Under the pieces are notes generated by a model. The model worked only from the letters and a program-made list of their open reading frames with translations, made no database searches and was not told the DNA's origin. From Lentisphaerota bacterium (GTDB taxonomy: Bacteria; Verrucomicrobiota; Kiritimatiellia; PWTM01): a DNA stretch of 64,000 nt. The first letter of the stretch is position 1. Each line of letters begins with the position of its first letter. Shown here in pieces: positions 1 to 7,930 of the stretch. The stretch spans positions 394 to 64,393 of the forward strand of contig VGWF01000001.1 in NCBI GenBank assembly GCA_016873715.1, written 5' to 3'. Made by a program: the position numbers and the translations under genes.

Positions 1-332
1 CGGAGGTGCGGCGCATTACGCGCGAGGTCGCGAAGGCGCGGGGCATCCCCGTGGTCGATCTCGATCCGGTCTTCGCGGGCGAACGCGGTCCGGGCGAAGG
101 GGCGTCGTCGTACATCCGGAACCAGGCCAATTCCGGCAAGCGCGACGGCGTGCACCTGACGCCCGACGGCTACCGCGCCGTCGCGGAGGCCGTCGCGGCG
201 GCGATCCGCGCGCACAAGCTCCCCGCGACGCGCGTCGTGTGCTTCGGCGACAGCCTCACCCTCGGCGCCGGCGCGGGCCGGGGAGGAAGCTATCCGGAGA
301 GGCTCGGGGAGATTGTCGAGACGAAGCCGTGA
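1..332 (+). CDS. SGNH/GDSL-family hydrolase, 5'-truncated at the window edge. The block-V-like 'DGVHLTPDGY' precedes a block-I-like 'VVCFGDSLTLGAG', an unusual order.
   Basis: ORF 6..332 carries a GDSL-like C-terminal motif followed, in the same frame, by an N-terminal-type GDSxT motif before the stop at 330-332. Confidence 0.45.
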   Translation, partial: EVRRITREVAKARGIPVVDLDPVFAGERGPGEGASSYIRNQANSGKRDGVHLTPDGYRAVAEAVAAAIRAHKLPATRVVCFGDSLTLGAGAGRGGSYPERLGEIVETKP

Positions 333-563
333 ACAGCGAACATCGAACATCCAACATCGAACACCGAACATCGAACGGCGGACGATCAACATCCAACAAC
401 CAACAACCAACATCCAACAACCAACAGCCAACAACCAACAACCAACATCCAACAACCAACAGCCAACAACCAACCGCGAACACCGAACATCGAACAACGA
501 ACATCGAACATCGAATGGCGGACAGCCAATAGCCAACACCCAACAACCAACGGCGAACAACGG
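331..563. repeat. Heptanucleotide tandem repeat (SAACANC)n of ~33 units. Blocks of GAACATC and CAACAAC are interrupted twice by GGCGGAC.
   Basis: Read directly: 'gaacatcgaacatccaacatc...caacaaccaacaaccaacatccaacaacc...'. It lies between the stop at 332 and the GTG start at 614. Confidence 0.9.
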
Positions 564-613
564 AGTTTGGAATTGAGGGCCGGCGGCCGGACGCCTCGAA
601 GAACGAGGAGGAC

Positions 614-1285
614 GTGGGTTCGACGAATGGCGTGGCGGTGAGCGATTGGGGACCGCTGTATGTCGAGACGGTGCCCGGCCGCTTCCCGGTCGAGCCGTGG
701 GCGACGGGGTCCAACCTCGTGTTCCTCGTCGTGGCGCTCTATTGGGCGGCACGCATCCGGGGCCAGGCGCGGCGCCATGCGCTGCTCGCGTTCTCGATTC
801 CCGTGCTGCTGGTCGGCTGGGCGGCGGGCACGGTCTACCACGCGACGCGCAGTCATCCCGCCTGGCTCCTGCTCGACTGGCTGCCGATCGTGATCCTGAT
901 GGCCGCGGCGGCGCTGTGGCTGTGGCGCGACCTGCTCGGCCGCACGTCGCTCGCGTTGGCCGTGTTCCTGGTGCCGCCGCTGATCGCGGCGTACGCGGCG
1001 GCGGAGGCGGGAGTGGGGGAGGCGGCCCGGATCACGGTCTCGTACGCGGCGATCGGTCTCGCGCTGGTCGTGCCGGCGGTGCTTCACGCGGCGCTGCGGC
1101 ACCGCGCGCTGGCCGGGTGGCTGGTCGCCGCGCTGGCGGCCTTCGCGGTGGCGCTGGTCGCGCGGCAGGCCGACGCGACCGCGGGCGCCGCGGGCTGGCC
1201 GATGGGCTCGCACTTTCTGTGGCACGTCTTCGGCGGCCTGGCGACGTTCTGCGTGTTCGGCTACCTGCACGGGGTGCGGCGGTAG
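614..1285 (+). CDS. Polytopic membrane protein of the alkaline-ceramidase/CREST hydrolase family ('EPWATGSNL' and C-terminal 'HFLWHVFGG' HxxxH motif).
   Basis: 223-aa hydrophobic ORF with a GTG start; the motifs resemble the ACER-family N-terminal 'fwNTxSN' and the C-terminal His pair. Confidence 0.55.
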   Translation: MGSTNGVAVSDWGPLYVETVPGRFPVEPWATGSNLVFLVVALYWAARIRGQARRHALLAFSIPVLLVGWAAGTVYHATRSHPAWLLLDWLPIVILMAAAALWLWRDLLGRTSLALAVFLVPPLIAAYAAAEAGVGEAARITVSYAAIGLALVVPAVLHAALRHRALAGWLVAALAAFAVALVARQADATAGAAGWPMGSHFLWHVFGGLATFCVFGYLHGVRR

Positions 1286-1321
1286 CCGCCGGCGCCGCTC
1301 GTCCACCCTTCCCCCGCGCCT

Positions 1322-2641
1322 TCAGGCCGTGCCGGGGATCGGGATGACGCCCTCCGCGGGGATCGTCACGGTGCCCTTCTCGAAGTCCTCGGGGGTCGGG
1401 CTGAGCTGGAGGTTGTAGAAGGGGCTCTCCTGGTTCTCGGCCAGGTCGACCCAGCGGACGATCTGCCCGGTGTAGGCGGAGAGACGCCCCATGATCGCGG
1501 TCAGCGTCGCCTCGGCGACGCCCCGCGTCTCGCTCAGCGGCCTGCCGTTGCGGAGGCTGGCGATCAGGTCGACGTGCTCCTGCACGTACGGGTTCACGCC
1601 GCCCTTCGGCTTCACGGCGGCCTTGCCGGCGGGGTTGAGCTTGCCGCCGGGCCACACGGAGCCGGTCGCGCCGACGAGATGCTCGCCGATGCGCTGGTAG
1701 CAGCCGTTGATCTGGCGGCACATGCTGTGGACCGTCACGTCGTCGCCGTAGTCATAGTCGACGCTGAAGAAATCGTAGCGGTTGCCGATCGGGCGGCGCG
1801 CCCGGCCGCCGAACCCGAGCGCGAACTGCGGCGGACGGCCGATGAACCAGTTCGCGACGTCGAGGTTGTGGACGTGCTGCTCGATGATGTGGTCGCCGCA
1901 GAGCTCGGTGAACTGGTACCAGTTGCGGACCATGAACTGCCCCGGGGTCTCGCCGTCGACCTTCTCGTACTCCAGCCGGGCGTTGCCGCCGCACCACCAG
2001 ACGCGGCCGGACAGGATCCTCCCGATCGCGCCGTCCTCGACCGCCTTTCGGTTCTCCAGGTAGACCGGGTCGTGCCGCCGCTGCGTTCCGGCGACGACGG
2101 AGAGCTTCTTCTCCTTCGCCAGCTCGCCCGCCGCGATCAGCCGCCGGCATCCGACGGGGTCCGCCGCGGCGGCCTTCTCGACGAACACGTGCTTCCCGGC
2201 CCGGACGCAGGCCTCGAGGTGGATCGGGTGGAACGCGACGGAGGAGGTGATGATGACGATGTCCATCGGAACCGCCGCCAGCATCTTGCGGTAGCCGTCG
2301 AAGCCGATGAAGGTCGTCTCCGGAGTGACCGTCACGCGCCGCTCGCCGGGCTTGAGGTTCTTCTCCGCCCACGCGGCCAGCGTCGCGCCGAACTTCGCGG
2401 AGCGGTCGGACAGCGCGTCCGCCGCCGCGACGATCTCGACCGCCGGATCCGCCTCCAGGCAGTTGATGGCGGCCCCGCCGCCGCGGTTCCCGCAGCCGAT
2501 CACCCCGACGCGGATGCGCTCGCTGCCCGCGGCGAGCATGCGGGGCGGCGCCGCGGCGGCGAGGGCCGGGATCGATGCGACGGCGGTGGCGGATCGCCGG
2601 AGGAAGTCGCGGCGGGTCGGGGCGGACGCGTTCGGGCTCAT
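1322..2641 (-). CDS. Gfo/Idh/MocA-family NAD(P)-dependent oxidoreductase with a Tat signal (RRDFLRR).
   Basis: 439 aa with the Rossmann motif 'VGVIGCGNRG' and a twin-arginine signal. Confidence 0.9.
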   Translation of the reverse strand: MSPNASAPTRRDFLRRSATAVASIPALAAAAPPRMLAAGSERIRVGVIGCGNRGGGAAINCLEADPAVEIVAAADALSDRSAKFGATLAAWAEKNLKPGERRVTVTPETTFIGFDGYRKMLAAVPMDIVIITSSVAFHPIHLEACVRAGKHVFVEKAAAADPVGCRRLIAAGELAKEKKLSVVAGTQRRHDPVYLENRKAVEDGAIGRILSGRVWWCGGNARLEYEKVDGETPGQFMVRNWYQFTELCGDHIIEQHVHNLDVANWFIGRPPQFALGFGGRARRPIGNRYDFFSVDYDYGDDVTVHSMCRQINGCYQRIGEHLVGATGSVWPGGKLNPAGKAAVKPKGGVNPYVQEHVDLIASLRNGRPLSETRGVAEATLTAIMGRLSAYTGQIVRWVDLAENQESPFYNLQLSPTPEDFEKGTVTIPAEGVIPIPGTA

Positions 2642-2702
2642 CGTTCTCTCCTTGCGCGGGCGGCCGTCGCGGTGCGCCGGGCCCCGCCGCGGTTCATCCC
2701 TA

Positions 2703-3653
2703 TCACGTCGCGGCGCGTCCCGCCACAGGTTCGGCGGGCATGCGGGCGTGCCGCGTGACGTAGGCGTTGTTGCGGGCGGTGTCGGCGACGCAGTCGGCGA
2801 GGTCGGGATGCTGGGTCTCGTAGACGAACCAGCCGTCGTAGCCGGTCTCCTCGAACGCGGCGAAAGCGGCGGGCCAGTCGATCGGGCCGGGCTCCTCGAT
2901 CAGCTTGTCCTCGTTCTTCACGTGCACCGCGCAGATCCGCCGGCCGAGCAGCTTCACGCCCGGCACCGTCTCGGCGCCGAAGCCGTAGAAGGCCATGTTG
3001 AAAGGGTCGTAGTAGACGCCCACCGACGGCCGGTCGGCGAGGTCCACGAGTTTCCGGTTGTCCGCGGGGCTCAGCGAGTTCTCCAGCCCGAGCATGACGC
3101 CCGCGTCCGCGGCGGCTGCGGCGACGGCCTGCAGGTTCGCCACCATCGGGCCGTAGGAGGCCTCGCGGGTCATGTCCGGTGCCGCGTCCTTGAAGAACGA
3201 GACCAGGATCACGCCGCAGCCGAGCATCTCCGCCGCGCGGATCGACAGGCGCAGGCTCTCGGGCGCCTTCGGGTCGGAAAGGGTGATGCCCTTGTCCCAC
3301 ACGCCGGAGAGCGACGGGACGCGGATGCCCCACCGGTCGCTCTCGCGCTTGTACGCGCGCACGACGTCCCCATCGCGCAGGTTCTTCGCGCCCGACGTCA
3401 CCTGCAGCTCGACGCCCGAGATGCCGGGCATGCCCGCGGCGGCGCGGAGGACGCCGAGATCGCCGACCATCCTCATGCTCGCCGCGCGGATGCCCAGCTT
3501 GAGCGGGCATCGCGCCCGAGGCGCCGGCGGGGCGTCCGCCGCGCGGGCGGCCCCGGGCATCGCGCCCGCCGCCAGCCCCATCACGCAGGACTTGAGGAAC
3601 CCCCGCCGCGCGACGTGGAATCCGTCAGGAGTGGTCATCGTCATCGCCTCCAT
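2703..3653 (-). CDS. Sugar phosphate isomerase/epimerase (xylose-isomerase-like TIM barrel) with a Tat signal (RRGFLK).
   Basis: 316-aa ORF that is a typical partner of Gfo/Idh/MocA genes; same-strand operon with 1322..2641. Confidence 0.8.
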   Translation of the reverse strand: MEAMTMTTPDGFHVARRGFLKSCVMGLAAGAMPGAARAADAPPAPRARCPLKLGIRAASMRMVGDLGVLRAAAGMPGISGVELQVTSGAKNLRDGDVVRAYKRESDRWGIRVPSLSGVWDKGITLSDPKAPESLRLSIRAAEMLGCGVILVSFFKDAAPDMTREASYGPMVANLQAVAAAAADAGVMLGLENSLSPADNRKLVDLADRPSVGVYYDPFNMAFYGFGAETVPGVKLLGRRICAVHVKNEDKLIEEPGPIDWPAAFAAFEETGYDGWFVYETQHPDLADCVADTARNNAYVTRHARMPAEPVAGRAAT

Positions 3654-3947
3654 GTCCTTCTCCGTCGCCTCCGTGCGATCCGTGGCGGGCCTTCCTCCGC
3701 CGCAGCAGGGCCAGGGCCGCGCCCGCCGCGATCAGCACGCCGCCGGCGGATGCCGCGAAGGGTACGCCCGGCCCGGCCGCCGAGGCGAGGCCGATCGGCG
3801 GGCCGACGAGGTGGGCGGGCACCGGCATCGCCGATGCCGTGCATCGATCGGGGAAGCGCCGCGGCGCCCGGGGCCTGCGGTTCGGGCTTGCGCGGGACGA
3901 TGAAACGGCCTATCAAACGACGTAACATTAGTAAATCGAGGTGGGCC

Positions 3948-4763
3948 ATGGCGGTCCGGACGAAGGCGGGCGGGGATGGTCGGTACGCGGTGCCTGCGGT
4001 GGACGGCATGCTGGACATCGTCGAGTTCCTCGCGGGGCAGCCGCGGCCGTGGGGGATCAACGAGCTGGCGCGGGAGCTGGGCATCACGACGAACATGGCC
4101 TTCCGCATCCTGCGGCGGCTGACGGAGCGGGGGTACGTCGAGGCGGCGGGCGAGGGGGGCTACCAGCTCGGCACCCGGTTCTTCTCGCTGGGGATGCGGC
4201 TCTACACGCGGTTCGAACTCCGGGCGCGAGCCCGGCCGCATCTCGAGCGGCTGGCGTCGTCGACCGGGGAGACGTGCCAGCTGCACGTCCTCAACGCCCG
4301 CGGCATGCTGGTGGTCGACGTGGTGAACCCGCGCGCCGACTTCTTCCTGCAGGTCGTGCCGGGCGCGCACCTCAACTGTCACGCCAATGCTTTCGGCAAG
4401 GCGGTGCTCGCGTTCCTGCCGTCCGCGGAGGCGCGGCGGTACCTGGCCGGGAAGCTCGAACGCATGACTGACCGGACGCTGATCTCCGCCGCGGCGGTGG
4501 TCCGCCAGTTCGACGCGATCCGCGCGACCGGCCTCGCCTACGACCGGGAGGAGTACGTGCGGGGCGTCCACTGCGTCGGCGCGCCGGTCTTCGACGCCTC
4601 CGGCGCGGTCGCTGCGGGCCTCGGGACCACGGGCCTGGCGATGGCCCGGGAGGGCGCGGGGGCGGAGACGTGCGAGCGGGCGGTGCTCGACTGCGCCGCC
4701 GCGGTCTCGAAGGACATCGGTTACGCTGGCGAGCGCTTCGAGGCGTGGAGGAAGCGGTCGTGA
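3948..4763 (+). CDS. IclR-family transcriptional regulator.
   Basis: An N-terminal wHTH ('INELARELGITTNMAFRILRRL') and a C-terminal IclR effector domain; ATG at 3948 follows an AT-rich segment. Confidence 0.85.
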   Translation: MAVRTKAGGDGRYAVPAVDGMLDIVEFLAGQPRPWGINELARELGITTNMAFRILRRLTERGYVEAAGEGGYQLGTRFFSLGMRLYTRFELRARARPHLERLASSTGETCQLHVLNARGMLVVDVVNPRADFFLQVVPGAHLNCHANAFGKAVLAFLPSAEARRYLAGKLERMTDRTLISAAAVVRQFDAIRATGLAYDREEYVRGVHCVGAPVFDASGAVAAGLGTTGLAMAREGAGAETCERAVLDCAAAVSKDIGYAGERFEAWRKRS

Positions 4764-7700
4764 ACTCCGCCATTCCCGCCTTCGCCGCGTGCGCAGCGGC
4801 CGTCCTTGCGGCAGCCGCGCCGCCGTCCCGTCCGCATCCGATCGTCGCGTGGCTGCCGCCGGAGTCGCTGCCGTCCGAGCCGGCGACGCGGGCGCTGACA
4901 CCCGACGAAGCTGCGGCGGCCTTGGAGCGCGACTGGCTGTTCCAGTGCGACGGGCGTCCTTCGCGGGGCGCCGTGGAGGCGGAGATCCGGCGCGCACGGC
5001 GCATCGCCACGGCCCTGGCCGACGGCCCCGCGCGGTCCGTTGCATCGTCCGCCCTGGAACGGCTGGCGGCGATCGAGGCCTCCCTGAAGGATCCGGCCGT
5101 CCCGCGGTGCGTACCCCCGCGGCCCGACGGCATCGCCGGACGGTGGTCGTTCGAGGGCACGGACGACGAGGTGTCGGCGTTCAGGCCCCTGGGATCCTGG
5201 GTCTTCGTCGACGGCGTGTTCGCAAACGGAGTGGCGCTCGGCGGCGGCGCCTACGCCGACGCCGGGGCGCAGGCCCATGGCGTCTTCGCAGGGTCCTACT
5301 CGGTGACCGCGTGGATCCGGACCTCGTCGGACGAGGCCGATGTGATCGGGACCGGGGTGGGGCGGGACCACGTCCTGCTGATGGCCTTCCGCGGCGTGGT
5401 GCGGGGCCATCACTGGACGGCCGGCGGTGCGAACGTGATCGACGGAAAGACCCCGTTGGCCGACGGCGCATGGCACCACATCGCGCAGGTCGTCGACGGC
5501 ACGACGATCCGGCTCTACGTCGACGGGAAGCCGGACGGCGAGCAGCCCTTCAAGGGCCGCGCCGCCGTGCCGCCCGCGCCGCTGCTGATCGGCGCGCGGT
5601 CCATGGATCCCGCGTCGCTCCGGTCGAGATTCCAGGGCGAGATGGACGAGATCCTGCTGCTCGGCCGGGCGCTGGGCGCCGACGAGATCGCCGGCCCCCA
5701 CGCCGCCGGGCGCGCCGCGCTGGAGGCATCGGCCGGGGCCTCGCGCGAGCCCTACCTGGCGGTGCGGCGCATCAAGCGCGACCTCATGGTCCGCGACCCC
5801 GCGGTCGACTTCAGCCGCGTCGTCTTCATCGACCAGCCGTATCCGCAGGGCGCGGAATGGGCGCACGAGGCGCGGCACCGCAACGGCACGATGGCCGTGC
5901 CCGGCGGGCGGCTGCTGACGCTCGAAGGCCTGCACCCGGGCGGCACGGTGCGCAAGCTCGCGCCGGCGGACGGCCCCGCCGCGTTCTGGCGGCCGGACGT
6001 GTCGTTCGACGGCCGCCGCGTGCTCTTCTGCATGAAGCCGGCGGCGGAGAAGGCCTTCCACCTGTACGAAATCGGCGCGGACGGAAAGGGGGTCCGCCGG
6101 ATCACGGACGGCGACTACGACGATCTCGACCCGATCTACCTTCCGGACGGGCGCCTCCTGTTCTCGACCTCGCGCGCGAACACCTACGTCCGCTGCATGC
6201 CCTACACGTACGCGTACGTGCTGGCGCGCTGCGACGCGGACGGCAGGAACCTCTACGTCGTCAGCCCCGGCAACGAGCCCGACTGGCTGCCGTCGCTGTT
6301 GAACGACGGACGCGTGATCTTCACGCGGTGGGAGTACACCGACAAGGCGCTGTGGCGGATCCAGAGCCTCTGGACGATGAACCCCGACGGATCCAGCCTC
6401 TCGGCCTTCTGGGGCAACCAGAGCGTCTGGCCCGACATGCTCGTCGAGCCGCGCGCGATCCCCGGGAGCCGCCGCGTGATGTTCAGCGGCTGCGGCCACC
6501 ACGACTGGTTCGGCGGTCCGATCGGCATCGTCGACCCCGCCCAGGGCTTCAACTTCCCCGACGGGCTGACGAAGGTCACGGCCGACGTGCCGTGGGCCGA
6601 GTGCGGGCCTCCGCCGGTCGACCCGGTCGAGAGCGCCGCCTACGAACCCGCCGGCCGGTTCGGCGCGTACAAGACGCCGTATCCGCTCTCCGACCGTCTC
6701 TTCCTCGTCTCGGCGCGCACCGGCGGGCTGAACACGCCGCGGGACAAGCAGCCGGGGAGCTTCAAGCTCTACCTGATGGACGTCGACGGCAACCGCGAGC
6801 TGATCCACGAGGGCGCGTTCAACATCCTCCACGCGATGCCGCTGCGCCCGAGGCCGGCCCCGCCGGTGATCGCCGACCGCGTCGAATGGCCCGGGACCGG
6901 GCCGGACCGCAAGCCCGCCGCGCCGGGCGTGCTCTTCTCGGGGGATGTCATCCAGGGACCGACGCGGATTCCGCGCGGCGAGGCGAAGTGGCTGCGCGTG
7001 GTCGCGATGGACGCGAAGACCTACTCGTCGTGGATCCGCGAGGAGATGCCGCACCAGCACTCGGGTCCGGCGGTTTCGCTGCTGCAGGCCGACGGCGTGA
7101 AGCGGATCGTCAGCGAGGTTCCGGTGGAGGCCGACGGTTCGGTGAACTTCGAGGCGCCCCCGGGCGTGGCGCTGCATTTCCAGCTTCTCGACGGCGGGCG
7201 TCGCGCGATCCAGACGATGCGCTCCTTCGTCGGCGTCATGCCCGGCGAGCGGCGCGGCTGCGTCGGCTGCCACGAGATGCACAGCGTCGCCCAGGTGAAC
7301 GCGCGCGGCGCGGCCCTGGAGCGCGCCCCGTCCGCGATGACGCCGCCGCCGTGGGGCGCGGACACGACGCTGGGCTACGAGCGGTCGATCCACCCGATCC
7401 TGGAGAGGCACTGCGGCGCCTGCCACCAGGGGGACGGCAAGGGGCGGAAGGCCTTCGACGTCACGCTGCGGCCGGGGCTCGGCATCTTCAAGGAGCCCTA
7501 CGTCACGCTCGTCGGCGGGTCGCTGTACCACGGTCCGAAGTCGCTCGAACCGCCCGCGACGATCGCTGGATGCCTGCCGGTCGAAACGTGGCCCACCGCC
7601 GGCGCGCCGGAGGGCGTGCGGACGTTTCCGCCGATGACGTGGATGTCGCGCACGAGCCGCCTCGTGAACCACTACGCCTCCGGGGCGCATCACGCCGAGG

Positions 7701-7930
7701 TGCGGATGCCGGAGGCCGAGCGCCGCGTGCTGGCCGCCTGGGTCGACCTCACCGCGCCCTACCGGGGCGACGAGGAGATCCGCGCGCTGCCCGATCCCGA
7801 CTTCCCCGGCATCGGGGACCTCCCCGTCCGCCCGCGCGTGCGCACCGCGCCGGTGATCGACCGCTTCAACCTGCCCCAGGACGGCGTGGCCAGGGCGATG
7901 TCCGCATCCGCCGGAAAGGCGACGCCATGA
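4760..7930 (+). CDS. Secreted multidomain protein, paralog 1. It has a signal peptide, a LamG/ConA-like domain, a PD40/TolB-like beta-propeller and two CxxCH motifs ('GCVGCHE', 'RHCGACHQGDGKGRKAFDVT', PSCyt1-like).
   Basis: ORF 4670..7930. The GTG at 4760 overlaps the IclR stop (GTGA), and a signal peptide follows it. Conserved blocks are shared with the genes at 7927 and 45528. Confidence 0.85.
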   Translation: MNSAIPAFAACAAAVLAAAAPPSRPHPIVAWLPPESLPSEPATRALTPDEAAAALERDWLFQCDGRPSRGAVEAEIRRARRIATALADGPARSVASSALERLAAIEASLKDPAVPRCVPPRPDGIAGRWSFEGTDDEVSAFRPLGSWVFVDGVFANGVALGGGAYADAGAQAHGVFAGSYSVTAWIRTSSDEADVIGTGVGRDHVLLMAFRGVVRGHHWTAGGANVIDGKTPLADGAWHHIAQVVDGTTIRLYVDGKPDGEQPFKGRAAVPPAPLLIGARSMDPASLRSRFQGEMDEILLLGRALGADEIAGPHAAGRAALEASAGASREPYLAVRRIKRDLMVRDPAVDFSRVVFIDQPYPQGAEWAHEARHRNGTMAVPGGRLLTLEGLHPGGTVRKLAPADGPAAFWRPDVSFDGRRVLFCMKPAAEKAFHLYEIGADGKGVRRITDGDYDDLDPIYLPDGRLLFSTSRANTYVRCMPYTYAYVLARCDADGRNLYVVSPGNEPDWLPSLLNDGRVIFTRWEYTDKALWRIQSLWTMNPDGSSLSAFWGNQSVWPDMLVEPRAIPGSRRVMFSGCGHHDWFGGPIGIVDPAQGFNFPDGLTKVTADVPWAECGPPPVDPVESAAYEPAGRFGAYKTPYPLSDRLFLVSARTGGLNTPRDKQPGSFKLYLMDVDGNRELIHEGAFNILHAMPLRPRPAPPVIADRVEWPGTGPDRKPAAPGVLFSGDVIQGPTRIPRGEAKWLRVVAMDAKTYSSWIREEMPHQHSGPAVSLLQADGVKRIVSEVPVEADGSVNFEAPPGVALHFQLLDGGRRAIQTMRSFVGVMPGERRGCVGCHEMHSVAQVNARGAALERAPSAMTPPPWGADTTLGYERSIHPILERHCGACHQGDGKGRKAFDVTLRPGLGIFKEPYVTLVGGSLYHGPKSLEPPATIAGCLPVETWPTAGAPEGVRTFPPMTWMSRTSRLVNHYASGAHHAEVRMPEAERRVLAAWVDLTAPYRGDEEIRALPDPDFPGIGDLPVRPRVRTAPVIDRFNLPQDGVARAMSASAGKATP

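Noticed and set aside
3625-3828. 67-aa minus-strand ORF with a PEP-CTERM-like tail ('GVLIAAGAALALLRRRK').
   Set aside because: It overlaps the start of the TIM-barrel gene in another frame. It is too short to be a PEP-CTERM cargo protein, and its 3' half has poor GC3, so it is most likely fortuitous.
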